From: Octopus bimaculoides
Taxonomy: Eukaryota
DNA: 39,432 bases
Direction of reading: 5' to 3'
Assembly: GCF_001194135.2 (NCBI RefSeq)
Contig: NC_068997.1
Span: 7,375,487 to 7,414,918, forward strand
The notes below the pieces were generated by a model, which saw nothing but the letters and a program-made list of their open reading frames with translations, searched no databases and had not been told where the DNA came from. The position numbers and the translations under genes are program-made. This document shows, one piece after another, positions 36,272 to 39,432 of this stretch. Each line of letters starts with the position of its first letter. Position 1 is the first letter of the stretch.

Positions 36272-36498
36272 AGGTGGTGGTGGTGGTGGTGGGGGGGGAG
36301 CTGGCAGAAACGTTAGCACGCCGGGCGAAATGCTTAGCGTCGTTTCGTCTGCCTTTACGTTCTGAGTTCAAATTCCGGCGAGGTCAATTTTTCATCCTTT
36401 CGGGGTCGATAAATTAAGTACCAGTTGCTTACTGGGGTAGATCTTATCTACTGCCTCCCCCTCCCCCAAAATTTCGAGCCTTGTGCCTGGAGTAGAAG
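36272..36498 (+). mobile_element. Full-length SINE family B with 17-bp TSD and a 5' (GGT)n/G extension
   Basis: AGAGTGGAAAAAGACAA duplicated exactly at 36255-36271 and 36499-36515; box B-like GAGTTCAAAT. Confidence 0.92.
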
Positions 36499-38864
36499 AG
36501 AGTGGAAAAAGACAAGGATCTGTGTATGAATTTACGCATGCATCTGTGTGTGTGTGTGTGTGTGCATACACACACACACACACACACACACATACACACA
36601 CACATTCAAATCCCCACGTGTATATAGGAGCATTCACGTACTTATTTATAAATTGCTCAGGCAAGTTAAGGTCATGCTGGGGCACATCGCATAGAGATTT
36701 GTGTACTTATGTATATAATGTACACTTTATGATTGGGCCTATATTTATGCGTGTATATGTATAGCGGTATAAGATCGATGCGTCGAACAAAATACATTTA
36801 GTTATTAAGTTACCTTGATTTAGGTCCCTTGACGCCAAAATACCATAGCGATCTATAAAATAACTGCCATAGAAAGAGCTTGAGTTCGAGATATTTGATT
36901 ACAAACCTTGAAGCCGGTGCCCCAGGATGGCATTTTGTCATTTACTTAAACCACAAAAATAAAGTAAAAGAATTTACAGCTTTTTACCTCTTTACCTCCC
37001 CCCCTCTCTCTCTCTCTCAGTTTATTTCTTTTACCGTCTTTCTCTCTCTCTCCTCTCTCTCTCTCTCCTCTCTCTCTCTCTCCTCTCTCTNNNNNNNNNN
37101 NNNNNNNNNNNNNNNNNNNNNNNNNNNNNNNNNNNNNNNNNNNNNNNNNNNNNNNNNNNNNNNNCTCTCTCCTCTCTCTCTCTCTCCTCTCTCTCTCTCT
37201 CCTCTCTCTCTCCTCTCTCTCTCTCTCTATCAACCTCTATCTCACTCACTGTCTTTATGTTGCATCATAATGAGGTCTCAAATGAAGATACGAGGGGAAG
37301 TTGTGACGTCAATAATGAATAACTTAAGGAGAGTGTGAGAGGGAGAGAGAGGGAGAGACATATAGAGAGATAGAGGGATAGAGGGAGAGGGAGAGATACA
37401 TACATAGACAGACAGACAGACACGATGTAGGGAGGACATTTTTGAATTCTCGCGAGGAAATCGTTAAGCTGAAAATTTTTTAATTGTTATTCGCAGTTTT
37501 TCCAAGATTTATTTTTCGTAATTATAGTTTTATGGACGCTAATATTGAATTAATATGAACTCGATAATGTTGAGTCATAAATTGTGTTGTATAATGAGAC
37601 TATTTCGTTCTTAGCTGGACATGGGAGAAGTTTAATCTATGTCTATGTATATATATTTTTCAATACAGCCGAAACGCACTCGTCTAGATTTCATCGATCA
37701 ATCACAGAATCGGATGAAACTGAACATGGAAACGAATTGCTGTATAACTCTTAAATGCTTCCGACAGCAAGCATATCTATGTTCACTCTTTCCGTCTCCA
37801 TGTAGATTGGAAAGAGACAGTCGGCTCGTTAGCATTAAATAGTCTCAGCTATTTTGAGAGACGAACACAGAATCAGAAATGCTGTTATTGTGGTGAAGCC
37901 ACAGCTTGCTACAAGATCCAAAACATTCCAGTAGTGGCCAACACGACTTTTTATTTAACTAGGACTAAGTTCCCAAATGTTATGGTGTTTTTTTTTTCTC
38001 TCAGACGGTCACGTGGGCAGCGGAGATGCTACCTCAGTGACCTGAAGTGTCAATGAATAACGAAAGTCATACACATGGACACAAGCATTTGCATCACAAT
38101 TTCTACCAAATACAAACAAAAGAGATCGGATATTAGTTGTCTGAGTCGGACAGAATGCAATGTACGGTTATAGAGGTCAACTACTTTGCAGATGTTAGCA
38201 TTTGTTTCGAGAGAGAATATCCATTGGGAATTGTTCCAAGACATACAGCTCTCTCTATCCAGATTATATATTTACATCATGCATACAAGTATTCGAAGAC
38301 TGGGCTATTTTATTAAAATTCTGAAGCTAATAACCTTGTAAAAAGCAAAGAAAATGACTGACTAAAACGCACTTTATAAAGCTATGACGGGAACAGTTAA
38401 AATTTTCTGAAGTTCAAGTAAAACTTCAATGTTCTTACCTTAATTTCAGTGACGAAACTTTGTTCGATTATTAGAAACCAGCTCCTTTTTTTTGGAAGAA
38501 TTTAATTAAGTAAGGGGGAAGACAACACACGGTCAAATGTATGATAAATGACAACAAATTCATTAAACCGTTCTATACATACACGTTGAAAGATTTAACA
38601 TTTCCATTGACACACACGTTGCTAATCTACCAAACACACATGCTTCAATATACACCGACTCACGTCCACGCACTCCGTTCTTCATACAATGCTGATACAT
38701 ACACACACATAGACACACATATATACAAACATATATTCATTTGTATTTATATGTATACATGCGTACGTTTATACACATTTCATATAAAATACTCATTAAT
38801 CTTTCTAAGCCTGTAATACACACATCTACACACAATCAATTAATCAATTTGCCAAACTCATATT

Positions 38865-38975
<111 letters not shown>

Positions 38976-39028
38976 TACACACACTCACATACACACAGAG
39001 CATATACAGACACACAGACAGAACATAT

Positions 39029-39059
<31 letters not shown>

Positions 39060-39307
39060 CACACACACACACACACAGAACATATGTAGACACATACACA
39101 CATATTTATACACATATATACACATACATGCAAAGTACTCAGAAGCCTCTCTCTCTCTCTCTTCCTCTCTCCACGTATTCATGCAATACAAAATGGCGAT
39201 TATTTAATATCATCTCAACTAAACAGGATCAACTAAATCTCCGAAACAAACAATAATCATGATTTGAATATGCTGTCGGAAGACACTGGTTTCTGTATTT
39301 ACGTTAT

Positions 39308-39395
39308 ACCTACCTACCTACCTACCTACCTACCTACCTACCTACCTACCTACCTACCTACCTACCCACCTACCCAACTACCTACTTACTTACCT
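39308..39395. repeat. (CCTA)n microsatellite
   Basis: Direct reading. Confidence 0.9.
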
Positions 39396-39432
39396 ACATG
39401 CATACATATATATATATATATACATATATATA

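Noticed and set aside
37669-37751. Possible + strand terminal exon (ETHSSRFHRSITESDETEHGNELLYNS*)
   Set aside because: Acceptor is plausible, but no supported upstream exon links to it

Overview
Eukaryotic, AT-rich and extremely microsatellite-dense draft scaffold with many N gaps. The SINE sequences match families I recognise from Octopus, so this is probably a coleoid cephalopod; that is recognition, not a database result. No ORF in the six-frame track is a convincing protein: most are microsatellite or N-gap artefacts. Supported content: two tRNA-derived SINE families (two copies with clear TSDs), two 3' relics of RLE-type non-LTR retrotransposons, a TTAA-flanked piggyBac-type MITE, and a Penelope-like inverted structure. 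The most interesting element is a complete minimal type I hammerhead ribozyme fold at 32533-32587 with a U4-to-C core variant. It sits in one arm of a 59-bp inverted repeat whose other arm is truncated inside the catalytic core. Splice-signal reading also suggests a + strand gene built from very small exons (11, 11 and 27 nt) ending in a hydrophobic C-terminal exon (25857-25930), and possibly a convergent - strand transcript. These gene models are tentative and need RNA-seq.
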